Source: Camelus dromedarius
Lineage: Eukaryota
Reading direction: 5' to 3'
Length of the DNA stretch: 64,000 nucleotides
Assembly: GCF_036321535.1 (NCBI RefSeq)
Contig: NC_087437.1
Coordinates: 80,664,001 to 80,728,000 of the forward strand
A program made the position numbers and the translations under genes. This document shows, one piece after another, positions 51,345 through 64,000 of this stretch. How positions within the stretch are numbered: the first letter of the stretch is position 1; every line of letters begins with the position of its first letter. The notes below the pieces were generated by a model. It did not search any database. It was not told the origin of the DNA and saw only the letters and a list, made by a program, of their open reading frames with translations.

Positions 51345-51545
51345 CTGAAGAGTGGTAAGAATACCACTCTGGAATCAGACCAGTGATGGATTAACATGAT
51401 AACCTTGAGCAAGTTATTTGGATTTTTCAAACCTAAATTTTTCATCTGTAAAATAGAGGTAATACCATTCCTGAACTCACAAGGCTTTTGTAAAGATAAA
51501 ATTTGTGCAAAATAGTGCCTAGCAGTGGTAATTACTATTATTTTA
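51345..51545. mobile_element. MIR SINE
   Basis: Core aaccttgagcaagttattt...ttttcatctgtaaaatagaggtaata. Similar degenerate MIRs occur near 20460-20640, 21510-21750 and 36815-36930. Confidence 0.6.
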
Positions 51546-51761
51546 AATAAATGTTTATAGAATAAATAAGTGAATGAATGATTCCACAAACTACTTGGGA
51601 AAATGTCATGCTTTTTAATTGTTTAACTCGTATATATAGAATGAGAATAATTAGAGTGATTTTCCTACATGCTGATACTAATATACTAAGGTCTCTTAAA
51701 GAGGGATATTAAAATTTTTTTTAAGTTCTCAACATGATGCTTGGCATGCAGCAGTGGGTTT

Positions 51762-52432
51762 TTTAAAAATTGGAGTATAGTCTTTTTACAATGTTGTATC
51801 AATTTCTAGTGTACAGATACATGTACATGCATATATTCCTTTTCATTCTCTTTTTCATTATAGGTTACCACAAGATACTGAATATAGTTCCTTGTGCTGC
51901 ACAGTAGAAACTTGTTTATTTTATATATAGTAGTTAGTATCTGCAAATCTCAAACTCCCAATTCATCCCTTTCCATCCCCTTCCCCTCTGGTAACCATAA
52001 GTTTATTTTCTATGTCTGTGAGTCTGTTTCTGTTTTGAAAAAAGTTCATTTGTCTTTTTTTTTTTTAATTTAAAGATTCTGCATATGAGTGATATATGGT
52101 ATTTTTCCTTCTCTTTCTGGCTTACTTCACTTAGAATGACATTGTCTAGATCCATCCATGTTGCTGCAAATGGCATTATTTTATTATTTTTTATGGCTGA
52201 GTAGTATTCCATTGTATAAATATACCACAGCTTCTTTATCCAGTCATCTGTCGATGGACATTTGGATTGTTTCCATGTCTTGGCTATTGTAAATAGTACT
52301 GCTATGAACATTGGGGTGCATGTGTCTTTTTGAATTAAGGTTCCCTCTGGATATATGCCCAGGAGTGGGATTGCTGGATCATATGTTAAGTATATTTTTA
52401 GTTTTTTGAGGGATCTCCATAATGTTTTCCAT
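51762..52432 (-). mobile_element. Antisense L1 3' fragment in SENP7 intron 1
   Basis: ORF track 52003..52311 (MFIAVLFTIAKTWKQSKCPSTDDWIKKLWYIYTMEYYSAIK...) is the L1 ORF2 end, followed by 3'UTR. Confidence 0.9.
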
Positions 52433-52474
52433 CATTTAATGTTAAATGATAATTTTTTTACCATGTCTTTGTAG

Positions 52475-52527
52475 AAATTGTCACAGAAGGAAAAAGGAAA
52501 AAGTCTTCATCTTCGGAGTTACATAAA
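52475..52527 (+). CDS. SENP7: SENP7 coding exon 2 (EIVTEGKRKKSSSSELHK)
   Basis: Acceptor tctttgtag|AA, donor AAA|GTATGT. 53 nt, restoring phase 0 (40+53=93). The KRKK motif matches SENP7. Confidence 0.92.
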
Positions 52528-53649
52528 GTATGTATTAGTTTTGTTCTTAACCTTTGCATTATCTTTAGAATTACTAATATTGAAAATATTTTGGTGTTTG
52601 TTTTTTTAATAAAATTTTAAAGAAAATACTGTAAATACTTAACTAATCAGTGGTTTCTGTGGAATGGTATATCCTAATTAATTGAGAGTTAACTAGGAAA
52701 CTCTTTCTTGGGCCAACCTTGTTTAAATCATTGTGAAATGTACTAGTATCCTTTCCAGGTCTTTTTTTCAGATTTATATAAAACAGAGCTAGCATTTCTT
52801 TGATGACTGATATGTTAGAGCACCTTAGGTTTATTCATTATGATGCTATAGATGTTGGAAAGCTGTGTTCAAGTCATGTGGTGAAAATTACTATTTGGAA
52901 TATGTCCTGTTAAACATCTTTTTTTTTTCCATTTATGTATTCTTCTGTATAAGCTAAGAGTAGCAATACAAGCAAAATGAAGTTTCTGCCTACATAGGAG
53001 ATGTTTAAAAACATTGATCTGTTTTTAGAAAGATAATATTTTCCTAGGGAATTTTGTGATTTAAATGCTTTAAATACTTTGATGTGCACTATAATAATTT
53101 ATTATAGACTTTTCTCTGAAGCATTCTAATTATACACAGAGGACTTTAATTTGGTATGTTTTGTGGACTAAAGAGGGAGAAGAAGAAATCATAAAGGAGG
53201 GCTGTGAGAGGAATCAAGAGTACCTTGCAACACTACACAGAGATCTTGACTTTAAGTACTCTTTCTCTATCTTGGCTTCCTTCAGATTTGAGGGATGTAG
53301 TCCCTTCACTTAAAATTCAGGATTTAGCTAGCTTAAGTGAGGTAAATAAGGGAGGTAAAAAAGAAAATTTTACATTGTTACTGTACCCAGTTTTAAATAC
53401 CACTGTATTGACTACTACTCTTTTTTTCCATTTAATGCCTTCAGTGAAGTGAAATTCTCTGCTTTAGGCTATTGCTTCATGCAGCTTAATCTGAAATTCT
53501 TTCATTAGAACTTTAAGATATTGAGTAAATATATTTCCCTTTCTAATTTTTAGTTGTAGAACATCAATTTTTTTCAAAAGTGATTATTTTTTAATACCAG
53601 GGACAGCATTTTTAAAAATTGAAGTATAGTTGATTTACAACAGCATTTT

Positions 53650-55320
53650 AAAAAACTTTTCATTTTCAAGTAACTTTAGATTTACAGAAATAGTACAGAG
53701 TTCCCATCTACCCTTTACTCAGCTTCTGCTAATGTTAATATGTTACATTACCGTAGTAAAATTATCAAGATAAAGAAATTAACATAAGTATAATATTTTA
53801 AACTACAGACATTATTTGGATTTCTTCAATTTTTCCACTGATGTCATTTTTCTATTTCAGGATCTAATCCAGGATCCCACATTGCGTTGATTTCCTTCTG
53901 TCTGTGACAGTTCTTGTCTTTTTTCTTTCCTGACAAGGACGCTTAAAGAATGCTGGTCAATATTTTGTTGAATAACCCTCAGTCTGAGTTTGTCTCATGT
54001 TTCTAATCATGCATGATTAGATTAAGGGTATGGTTTTTTGGGAGGAATACCATAGAAATATTGTGCCCTTCTCAGTATATCCTGTCAGGGAACACGTGAT
54101 GATGATAAGTCTTATTACTGGTGATGTCAGTCTTGATCACCTGGTTAAGATGGTATCTGCCTGGTTACTCTGTTGTAGAGTTGCTCTTTCCATTTGTAAT
54201 AAGTAGATATCTTGGGAGACGTATTTTGTGTTTTTTCCCCCAGTTTTATTGAGATATAATTAACATACAGGACTCAATAAGTTTCAGGTGTACAGTAAAA
54301 TGATTTGACTTAACATATATCATGAAAGGATTACCACAGTAGGTTTAGTGAGCATCCATCATCTTGTATAGGTACAACATTAAAAAAACAGAAAAAAAAA
54401 TTTTTCCTTGTGATGAGAACTCTTAGGATTTACTCTCTTAACTTTCATTTGTAACTTAGAGCAGTGTTAATTATCTTTATCATGTTTTACATTACATCCC
54501 TAGTACTTGTCTATCTTATAACTGGAAGTTTGAGTTGGGAGAGATATTTTGAATCTATGCAGATACACTGTTTGTTCTCAATCTTTCACCCTCTTTTTTA
54601 GCATCTAGCAGTGCATCTTACCTGCAACAATTAATAAGCAATATTCTATTGGTGATTTTCTATTTTCTTCATTCCTCTATATTTATTAATTAAAATTCTT
54701 CTGGAAGGGTGAGTTGTCCCTCTTCCCTCACTTATTTATTTATTCATTATTTACATATATCAATATGGACTCATAGGTATTTATTTTATTTTATGTGTTA
54801 TAATCTACTACTGTCATTAATGGTTTTGTTGATCAAAGAATTCCAGCTTTGGCATTGGGAGATCTTTCAGGATGACTCCTGTGCCCTTTTGACATGCTCC
54901 TTTTTTTTTTTTTTTTTTTTTTTTGACCGCCTCCTTATTTTCTGGTACTGCAAGGGACTTTCCAAGGAGCCCTGATTCTTTTTATTGAAGAATGGTCTTT
55001 AGAACCAGATCTGGGTGTTAGGTGTGCTCTTTGCTGCTGGGGTATCATTGTTTCTAGGCTATCTCAATAGACAGGACTAGAAAAATATATGTATACTAAC
55101 CCATACACATACATACTAATCTGTATATATTTATTTCTCTAACTACTTTTCTGTACAACTGAAAAAAAAACCCCATGAGTTCAGTACTGTTACGTCTGAT
55201 TCCAGTCCAATACCACAGGGCTTATTCTAGCCTTCCCTCTTTATTTTTAACTTTTTTTCTGTCTTTCATTGTCTACAATATATTTTCTTACTTGTTCAAC
55301 CATAATATGCACACAAAGTT
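53650..55320 (-). mobile_element. Ancient L1M-type 3' region with a nested younger L1 fragment (about 54225-54535)
   Basis: Reverse-complement similarity to about 2600-4040 (e.g. ggtatctgcc vs ggcagatacc). The nested insert is flanked by repeated ttgggaga..tatttt. Confidence 0.65.
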
Positions 55321-57390
55321 GTACTACTGCTCTTTAAAAATGTAAATTCTTAAAAAATTGGCATATTAAATTTTGGTTAGTAGCTTATATTATTGCTTTT
55401 TCTCTCAAGGCAGCTAGGGAAATAAATTACTAAAAGGATTAGAGCATTGATGGATATAGGAACATGATACTGATACATTTTGAGTGTAAAGTATTAAAAA
55501 AATATTTCTAACTCAATACTAGATTGTTGTCAAGAAAACGGAAAATTCAAGTACACAAAAAGACCACCTGGATTCAATCAAAATTAATACTAAGGTATAT
55601 ATCCTTCTAGTTTGTCTGCTTATTTATGATAAATATTTAAATATTAACAATTAAAAATCGTAAAATACTGTTTTATAATTAACTTTTTCTACTTAACTAT
55701 GTATTGTGAACATCATTTTATGAAATCAAATTTAAGCATTTCTCAGTAGATACTTATTGCATACTTAACGTGTGTTGGACACTCTACTGAGCATTAGTAC
55801 CAGGCATAAGCAGTGGTAAATATTTTTAATGACTACACTGTATTCCATTTTATGGTATATCACAGTTAATTTAACCACTATCCTTTCATTATATTTTTTT
55901 CAGTTTAAAAAATTATAAATAGTACTGTAGTTGTTATCCTTGTAGCTAAATCTTTGGAATATCATTATCTACTAAAGTATTCCTGGCCCTTTGATAGGAG
56001 CTGGAAATAGATTAATTCAAGGCTTACATCTCCTCTCTGGATAGATGTAGAGTAAGAGTGTGAACACTTTGAACTCTGCTAATGGGGAGATTTTTATAAT
56101 CTTTGGATTTATACGTGGGAGGCTGAGACTGAAAACTGAAAAACAAGACTTTAATTTTTCCTTGGTAAGTCATAGCCATACCCATGAGCAGACCCCAAAT
56201 TTTCCTTAAATAAATCTTTATATCTATGTAGTGTCCGAACAAATAAGTGATTACAATTCTTAAGTTCTGTACGAAGAACATGGCAGAGATCATCTCAACT
56301 CAAACAGTTTAAAGAGCATTTGTTAACAATGTATGATTTGTCAATAGAATGTAGCATCCCTCCCCCCGCCCTGGATTATCCTCTTTGGACTGCACTCTTT
56401 TTGAGGGCATACTGCAATGAATTAGGTATAAAATGAACCTCGAAGTAACTGCGTGAATTGAACTGCTGCAAGTCTTGTTTAATAGTATATTTGAATATTA
56501 GTAAATAAAATAAATGTCCTTGAGCTTTGTTTTGGGGACATTGTTAGAATTCTTTAAGTGTATTTAAGTATAACTTAAAGGGAAGGGGTTTTAAAACCCA
56601 TTCTTGCCTTAAAAGATTAAATTTCAGTCTTTAAAGTATTAGGAGACTATTGAAAATACTTGAAAGTGTTAGGAATCCATTCTGATTCTTGTTATGAGGC
56701 TTTGCAGAATCATTAGTGGCTTAGAATCTTTTTTAATTGTACACCCTTGAGACCATTATTAAAATGTGTCTAAGAATAGATCAGATTGTTGCAAAAAGAC
56801 ATGTCATTATCAATGATTTAATCATTAATAAAAGTGAGTGTAGAAAAAATGGACAAAGTAGTTAGTTTGTATCTAAAGTCTGCTTGCCACTCATACGCAA
56901 TATTAGACTGAGAGATTTATTGACTAAGAAGCTGCAGCAGAGGTTTTTTTTTGAGCTTTAAATGTTTATTTTTTTCTTGCCTTTAGTAATTGCATGATAC
57001 TCCTATTAAAATACAAAACATTTGGAAACTGTAGGAAAATACGAAAATGAAAATAAAAATCACCCACTACATCAGCATTCAGAGATAATTACTGTTAAAC
57101 ATTTTTGTGTGTATCATTTCACATTTGTTTTCTATACATGGATTTTTTTTTTGCTTTATGAAAGAGATCATTTTGTATGTATGATTTTCTTTGCAACTTA
57201 TGTTGGAAATAATGTCTTATATCATTAATTATTCTTTTGGAACATGTTATTTAATAAATGAAAGTGTCTCATTATTTAGTTTTACCATAGTTTTGTTTAA
57301 TTGCTCTTTTATTGTCATTGTTTCTGGTTTTTGTATATTGTAAGTAATATATAGTCTATGTCCCTGTTCATAAATATTTTTATGTGTATA

Positions 57391-57600
57391 AGTTGGTCCT
57401 TAAACACAATAGATTTGAACTGTGCTGGTTCACCTACATACGGAATTTTAAAAATAAATATTTTAGGACTATACAATCCGTAGTTGGTTGAACCTGGGGA
57501 TGTGAAACTGTGGATACGAGGGGCTGATGATAAAGTTACTCAGACTTTCAACTGTGCAGGGGTGCAGTGCCCCAACTCCTGAGTTGTTCAAGGGTCATTG
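57391..57600. mobile_element. Tigger2/MER8-like MITE
   Basis: TIR-like ends agttggtccttaaacac ... gttgttcaagggtcattg, in the opposite orientation to the 7406 copy. Confidence 0.7.
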
Positions 57601-57959
57601 ATACTTTGATTTTCATGCCTCTTGATGTTTATTTTGAGTTTTAATAAATCTCCTATTTCTATACTTTTGGGGGAAGCAGAGACTGCTCTTTTTGAAAATA
57701 AGGTAGATTATGTTTTGTGTTGTTCCTAATGGAAGAATACATGAATATTTATTAGGGCAAATAATTTATTGACGTTGAGTCGAAGCCACTCACAGGTAAA
57801 ATAGTAAAAACTGCTGTGCAAAAAGGATATAAAATATATCTTCCACAGAAGACATCAACAGTCTTCTATAAGATAGACATTTTGCAAAATACTCAAAACC
57901 TATACCCAACTCTTTTTAAAATAGCAGTTGTTCTCCTTCAAGTTTGACCTTGGTATCTT

Positions 57960-58552
57960 TTCAGGTTATTACTAGGGCTGTGTAACAAATTACCCCCAAA
58001 CTTAACAGTTTAAACTTCTTTTGCTCATGAATCTGTTGTCTGGGCAGGGTTCAGTTGGAGATAGCTTTTCCTTATTTTAGTTGATGTTAGCTAGGTTTGC
58101 TTCGAGGCTGGGGCCTGGAATCATCTTAAAGGATCACTCACTTATCTTCATACCTGTGTTGGGAAGACTCAGATATCTTGATGTATATCTATTCTTTTTA
58201 GCCTTTTCATGTGATCTTTGCAGCACAGCAACTTCAGGGTGTCCAAGACTTTTTTAACCTATGGCTCAGGGCTCCCAAGGCATGTGTACTGAGAGACAGA
58301 GAGAAAGGGGAAAAGACAGGAAAGAAGGGAGAACACACAAGTACGTGAGAGCCAGGCTGAAGCAGTGCAGCTCCATGTATCGCCTTTTATGATCTAGCCT
58401 TGGAATTCCAGTCACAGTTCTGCTTAGATTCAAGGGGAAGAAACGTAGACCACACCTGATGTTGGAGAAATGGTCAGTGTCACATTGTAAAAAGGGGATG
58501 TGGGATGTGGAATATTGATATGACCATCTGTGGACAATACAGTGTGCCACAG
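57960..58552. mobile_element. MaLR (MLT1-like) LTR
   Basis: gctgtgtaacaaattacccccaaacttaacagtttaaac...gctcatgaatctg, ending gtgccaca. Confidence 0.6.
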
Positions 58553-59783
58553 TGTCTAATAGAGGCTAAATATCCTACTCACAAAGGATCCATGGGTGTG
58601 ATTAGCCCGAATCCCTTATTTTACTCCCTGAGAGAACAACTCTTGTTCCCTCGTTAAGAATATGAAGGAAATGACTGATTGAGAGAAAATGTTGTTTTTG
58701 CAGATAAAAAATTATAAAGAGGTACCTTTTTATATAGATTTGGTATAAATAATTAAGACATTACTGGTGCCCAGGAGGATTAACACAGAAATGCTAATGA
58801 AATAAAAGAGTTGAGTACCCTTTCTTCAGATTTATTTTATCCTCCTGACTTAATGCTTTACTCTCATTGAAATCATTTTATGGTTGTTAGTGGGTGTAGT
58901 TGATATAGTGCTTTATTATATGTCATATAATAAGCTGAACTTGATGCTTAAGCGTCATTTATAATGTGAAAGTTAAATTATTTCAGATCCAAACAAATGA
59001 TTTCAAACTCGTGGCTGCAATCTGTATGTTCGTTCATTTGTTTATTCAGTGTATCATGAGCGATACACTTTGGAGGTATAAAGATCAGGGCAATCTCTTT
59101 AGTGACCTCCACAGTCTGCAGAAGAAAACAGACATGTAGATGAATAATTATAATATAGTATGATATGTGTAATATCAGTTACCAAGTTCTAATACCCAGA
59201 GAAAGGAATGCCTTGGTGTGGCAGTGACAGTTGTGTGTTTAAGAGAATAATTTTGTGCAGAATCTGAAGTATTTTAACAAGGGAGAATTAGAGGGGAGAG
59301 CATTCTGGGTTGAAGGATCAGCACTTACAAAGGGCTAGAGATATAATATATATTTGAAAAAGATTGAATAAACTCAATGTTGTTGGAGTATTGAGTTTGT
59401 GATGTGTGGGTGATGTCAAGGAGCCCAGATTGTTAAGAGTTTTATCTGTAAGTAATGGAAGCCATTATTGTATTTTAAGATTGTACCATAATTATATTTG
59501 TGTATTAGGGAACTCTGGGGAAAGCATTTGAAAAATTAGAAGGGGGAGAAACTGTAGGTAAGAATAGTTAGGAAGTTATTGTGGTACTTCATTTACCTAC
59601 CTTTATACTGAATGAGAGATTTTTTTACAAATTATATTTAACTGCCTATAAATTAAGCACTGAAATTAAAACTCTTTAAAAGTAATAGCAAAATATTAAT
59701 GCGGATAATATAATAGTTCTTTTAGGTCATTGGCTTTTATTTATATTTCACTTAAACTGATTATTTTCTCATTCTGGATTTAG

Positions 59784-59882
59784 ATAACGAAGATGTTAAA
59801 TGCAAAACCAGAGGATATTTGTGTTCAGTCACCACTGTCCAAACTCAGACGCTCAGAACGCTGGGATCTCCCTTTGCAGGGG
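59784..59882 (+). CDS. SENP7: SENP7 coding exon 3 ([33 protein letters not shown]); gene continues beyond the window
   Basis: Acceptor ttctggatttag|ATA, donor GGG|GTAAAT. 99 nt in frame. Matches the recalled SENP7 [18 protein letters not shown]. Confidence 0.92.
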
Positions 59883-60447
59883 GTAAATAAAAACTTTTCT
59901 TTTAAGTATGTGGCGTTATTTGGTATGTTTAAAATATTTTAATAAAGCTGAATTTTTATTTTCCTATTATGTCCTTTTTTGGTTTTCCTGTGTTATATAA
60001 TTTTAAATGAATTTATTTCTGGCATGTGTTGAAGAGATTAGATTTTTTTGTTTGTTTTTTGTTTTTTTTTTACTTTAAATCTAAGAATACCGTATTATGC
60101 ATGGTTGTTTTCTTCATGAAATTTTAATCTCATTATTGTGAAATATATTGTATTTTACATTTATGAGACTGTTAAGCTTTTTAGAATCACTTGCTTTTTT
60201 TTCTCTTGTTTTGTAAATTTGAGAAAGTATATCTTCAAGGGTGACACAAATGTATTCTAAAAGATATCGTGATTATAAATCTGAACTAATTTTATCACTG
60301 TTAAGTATTACTGTAGAGTTCTCATGAGTATGGCTTAAGATAGTATTTTTTAAATGTTTTTTTTTCCCCTTCACTTGCACAACTCATCATCAATGTTTTA
60401 AAAATAGAATTTTTCTCATACTTTCCAATTTTTCCAGTTGAGACTAT

Positions 60448-60831
60448 ACATATTAATCTGCTGGGCTAACATAACAAAATACCACAGGTCAGGTGGCTTC
60501 AACAACAGAAAGTTATTTTCTCAGAGTTCTGGAGGCTGAAAGTCCAGGATCAAGGTGCTAGCAGGGTTGGTGTCTCCAAGGCGTCTCTCCTAGGCTTATA
60601 GGTGGCCACCTTCTTGCTGTATCCTCACATGATCTCTTTTCTGTGCATCCACATCCCTTGGAGTTTCCTCCTCTTCTTATAAGGACACTAGTCCTGTAGG
60701 ATTAGATTCCCACCCTTAGGACCTCATTTAAACTTAATTACCTCTGTGAAGGCCCTGTCTCCACATATAGTCATATTAATGGTTAGGGCTTCAACATATG
60801 GATTTTGGAAGAGACAATCCAGTTCCTAACA
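60448..60831. mobile_element. MaLR (MLT1/MST-like) LTR
   Basis: ataacaaaataccacagg...tctggaggctgaaagtccaggatcaaggtg...cttcttataaggacac...ttcctaaca, a typical MaLR LTR. Confidence 0.75.
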
Positions 60832-62824
60832 GTAGCATTTTAGGATAACAGACTTTAAGTCACCTTGAATATATGTGTTTTCATGTTACAGGCAAGAAAA
60901 ATTAACCATTTATTATAACTTGTTCTCAGAGGAAAGATTTATCATTGGTATTAATTGCTTTAACATTATTTAAAATTTTAATTATTAAATAATAATTTGT
61001 TCTTTATACAGTGTACAAAAAAGAAAAGCATATTGCCCACATATGAGTTTATGTTATTTTTTGATCATTGCTGAAGAGGGATCATGAAATACATCTAATT
61101 CTGTTCTTTGCCGTTTTCAGTTAGTAATATCTTTAAATTTTTTTATATTTTGACACATTTAGATCTACTTCTTTGTTTATTTTTTGTTGGCCTTCCAGTA
61201 CTCCAAAGATATACTGTATATTGTAATTTATTCACTTAGTACATTGATAGTAGACAGTTTGGTTGTTTCTGGTGTTTTACTAATAGAAACAGTGTTGTAG
61301 TGAACATCATTTTTCATAAACAGGGAACCATTTTTGGGTGGGATCACTGGGTCTAAGGGAATTTGAATATTAAATTTTAATAAATATTGCAAAATTATCT
61401 CACAGAAAATTTCTACCAATTTATATTGCCACCAGTGAGAGCTCCCATATTTCTACAAATTTACTAGCACTGGGCATTATCATGCAGTAAAATTGTTGCC
61501 AATGGAAAAAAACAACATTATTTTAAGAAAATTTTATCTCTTTGCATTTACATATTTTATGTTTTAGAATATTGAATGGAGTAAAAAGATACATATGTAT
61601 CATTTTAAATATACACATACACAGTCTCTTGGAAGTAGACATGATTTTTGTTAGGTTTGTTTTCTTAAAGAGGATCTTACCAGATGTGTTTTTTCCTTTA
61701 CCCTGTATAATCTTCATTTAGCTTTCGTCCTTCAAAAAGATGTGGTTCACCGGACAGCTCTTTAGGTATTAAGTCTTTGTGTTATATAATCTGCTGTCCT
61801 CTCTCTTCCTTACCTCCTCTTCCTTTCAGCAGTCTCCTTTTCCTGAGAAGTAATGACTTATTTTCTCCTTTAATTCTCTCTAACTCACTGAATGAACTAA
61901 ACCTCCTCAGAGACATATTTTCTTTTCCTGTGACTAGTTTCCCACTCTAGTTGGGTGTCTATCTTTTTAGTATAGTGATACTTAACTTTGGGGGAATCTA
62001 CATCCTATTTGAGATTTGAAGTGGCATATGTCAGTGTTACCTTGCTTCCTTTTTGCTTTAGACTTCACAGTATTTGCTGTGTGCTTTATTGTTACTGGAG
62101 TTTGAAGCATTACCAAAACCTTGCTTCGTTGTTTCACCCATATGCCGTAGGTTTCAATGAAAAAAAAAAAAAAAGGATAAATGCCATTTTCTATAGTCCA
62201 TAGCAGAATTTTATCTTATGTATTTATTTGTGGTTTTTGTTGAGACATAATTATATAAAATAGGCTGCACAAATCTTAGGCATATAATTGAATGAGCTTT
62301 GACTAATTTAACACATGCAACCAATATCTTAATGAAATAGAGCATCGTCACGGTCCTTAAAAGTTCCCTTATGTCTCTTTCCATTGTGTCTTCTCTTTTC
62401 CTGCTGTCCCTGTTCCCACCATGTTCCTCACAACCAATTTTCTGATTTTATATCTGTAAGATAGTTTTGCCTGTTCATACAGTATATACTTTTTTGCGGT
62501 TGCCCTCTATTGCGCAGTTAAATGCTGTTGAAACTGATTCCTGTTTTGTATTTATCAGTGATTTGTTCCTTTTTATTGCTAAGTAATATGCTATTATATG
62601 AATATAACAGCAATTTAATTCTCATATTGATGGACTTTTGGGCTTGGTTTTAATTTGCATTGCCCTGTTGACTAATGGAGTTATAACATTTTCATATGCT
62701 GATTAGCTGCTGTTTATCTTCTTTTTTTTGTAAAGTGTCTGTTCAGATTTTTTGCCCTTTTTAAAATAAATTTTATTGACAGTTTATGTATAATTAAATT
62801 AATCTATTTTAAGTGTTCTTTTTT

Positions 62825-63106
62825 AAACTTAATATTTTTATTGAAGTATATTCAGTTTATAATGCATCAATTTCTGGTGTATAGCAGAATGCTTCAGTCA
62901 TACATGAATATACATATATTCGTTATCATATTCTTTTTCACCATAAGTTAGCTACAAGATACTGAATATGGTTCTCTGTGCTATACAGTGTAAACTTGTT
63001 TACCTATTTTATATATAGTAGTATCTGCAAATCTCAAACTCCCAATTTATCCTTTCCCATTCCCTTCCCCTCTGGTAACCGTATGTTTGTTTTCTATGTC
63101 TGTGAC
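62825..63106 (-). mobile_element. L1 3' end fragment nested in older L1 sequence
   Basis: Same 3'UTR family as the 38625 and 51762 copies. Flanked by repeated attttaagtgttct. Confidence 0.75.
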
Positions 63107-64000
63107 ATTTTAAGTGTTCTGAATTTTGACAAATGTATATACACTTTTGCAACCACCACTGTAATAAATGGGTCTGTGTGTGTGTGTTTGTATTTATTTA
63201 TAATTTTTTTCTTGGTGTACACTCTTATGAGTTACAAGACCTGTAGAGGCTCCTATAACTCCTATAACTATCATCACAGTGAAGATAGTGTACAGTTCCA
63301 TCACTCCAAAAAATTCCCTGGTGCTGTCCCCTTTGTAGTTACTCTCTATCCCCATCCCTAATCCATGGTAACGTTGTTTTCTGTACCTGTACTTCTACAT
63401 TTTCCATAATGTCATATGAATGAAATCACAGAATAAATAATGGGTTTTTTTTAAATAAATAAATGTTTTGAGAGTGACTTTTTCACTCAGCAAAATGCCA
63501 TTGAGATTTCATCCATGTTGTTGTGTATATCAGTAATTTGTTTAACCATTCCTCCATTGACGACTGAAGGACATATGGGTCGTTTCCAGTTTTTGGCAAT
63601 TAGGAATAAAGCTGCTATACATACTTGCACACATTTTTTTTAAGCATAAGTTTAAATTTTTCTAGATTAAATGCCTAGAAGTGGGATTCCTGAATCATAT
63701 GGTAAGTCTATATTTAACTGCAAAAACTGTTTTCCAGACTGGTTATACCAATTTTCATTCCCAGCAGCAATATATGGAGGCTTCTGGGTGTTCTGTAATT
63801 TTGTCAGCACTTGGTACTATCTGTTTATTAATCTTTTAAAATTAATAGACTTTATTTTTTAGACTAGTTCTAGATTTACTGAAAAATTGAAGGAATAGTA
63901 CAGGCAGTACCCATAGGCTCTTCATTCTGCCCTGCCCTGACTCAGTTTCCCTATTATTAATATCTTGCATTACTGTGGTACATTTGTTATAATTAGTGAG

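Noticed and set aside
52003..52311. 102-aa ORF (and 32681..32881) as host genes
   Set aside because: L1 ORF2 C-terminal remnants.

Overview
Mammalian genomic DNA, probably camelid (inferred from its tRNA-Ala-derived Vic-1-like SINEs). It is syntenic with human 3q12.3, shown here in reverse orientation. The window holds four genes. (1) The complete 5-exon PCNP on the minus strand, whose exons splice to 537 nt (178 aa). (2) TRMT10C/MRPP1 on the minus strand, one coding exon, 419 aa. (3) A FAM172B/ARB2B-type gene on the minus strand. (4) The first three coding exons of SENP7 on the plus strand. Three CpG-island promoters and many SINE, L1, LTR, MIR and DNA-transposon relics fill the rest. The most notable result concerns FAM172B, which is annotated as the pseudogene FAM172BP in human but looks intact here. 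It has a 364-codon open exon behind a strong splice acceptor, with no ATG near its 5' end. A small exon 7.7 kb upstream, not reported by the ORF track (43362-43403; strong Kozak ATG, MEIELRDGNITKEI, phase-0 GTAAGT donor), could supply the start and give a ~378-aa protein transcribed head-to-head with SENP7. The protein has Gly in place of the nucleophile-elbow Ser of FAM172A and lacks its basic insert and HEEL tail. Comparisons with human proteins are from memory and need checking by alignment. No prokaryotic-type system, CRISPR array or true tRNA gene was found.
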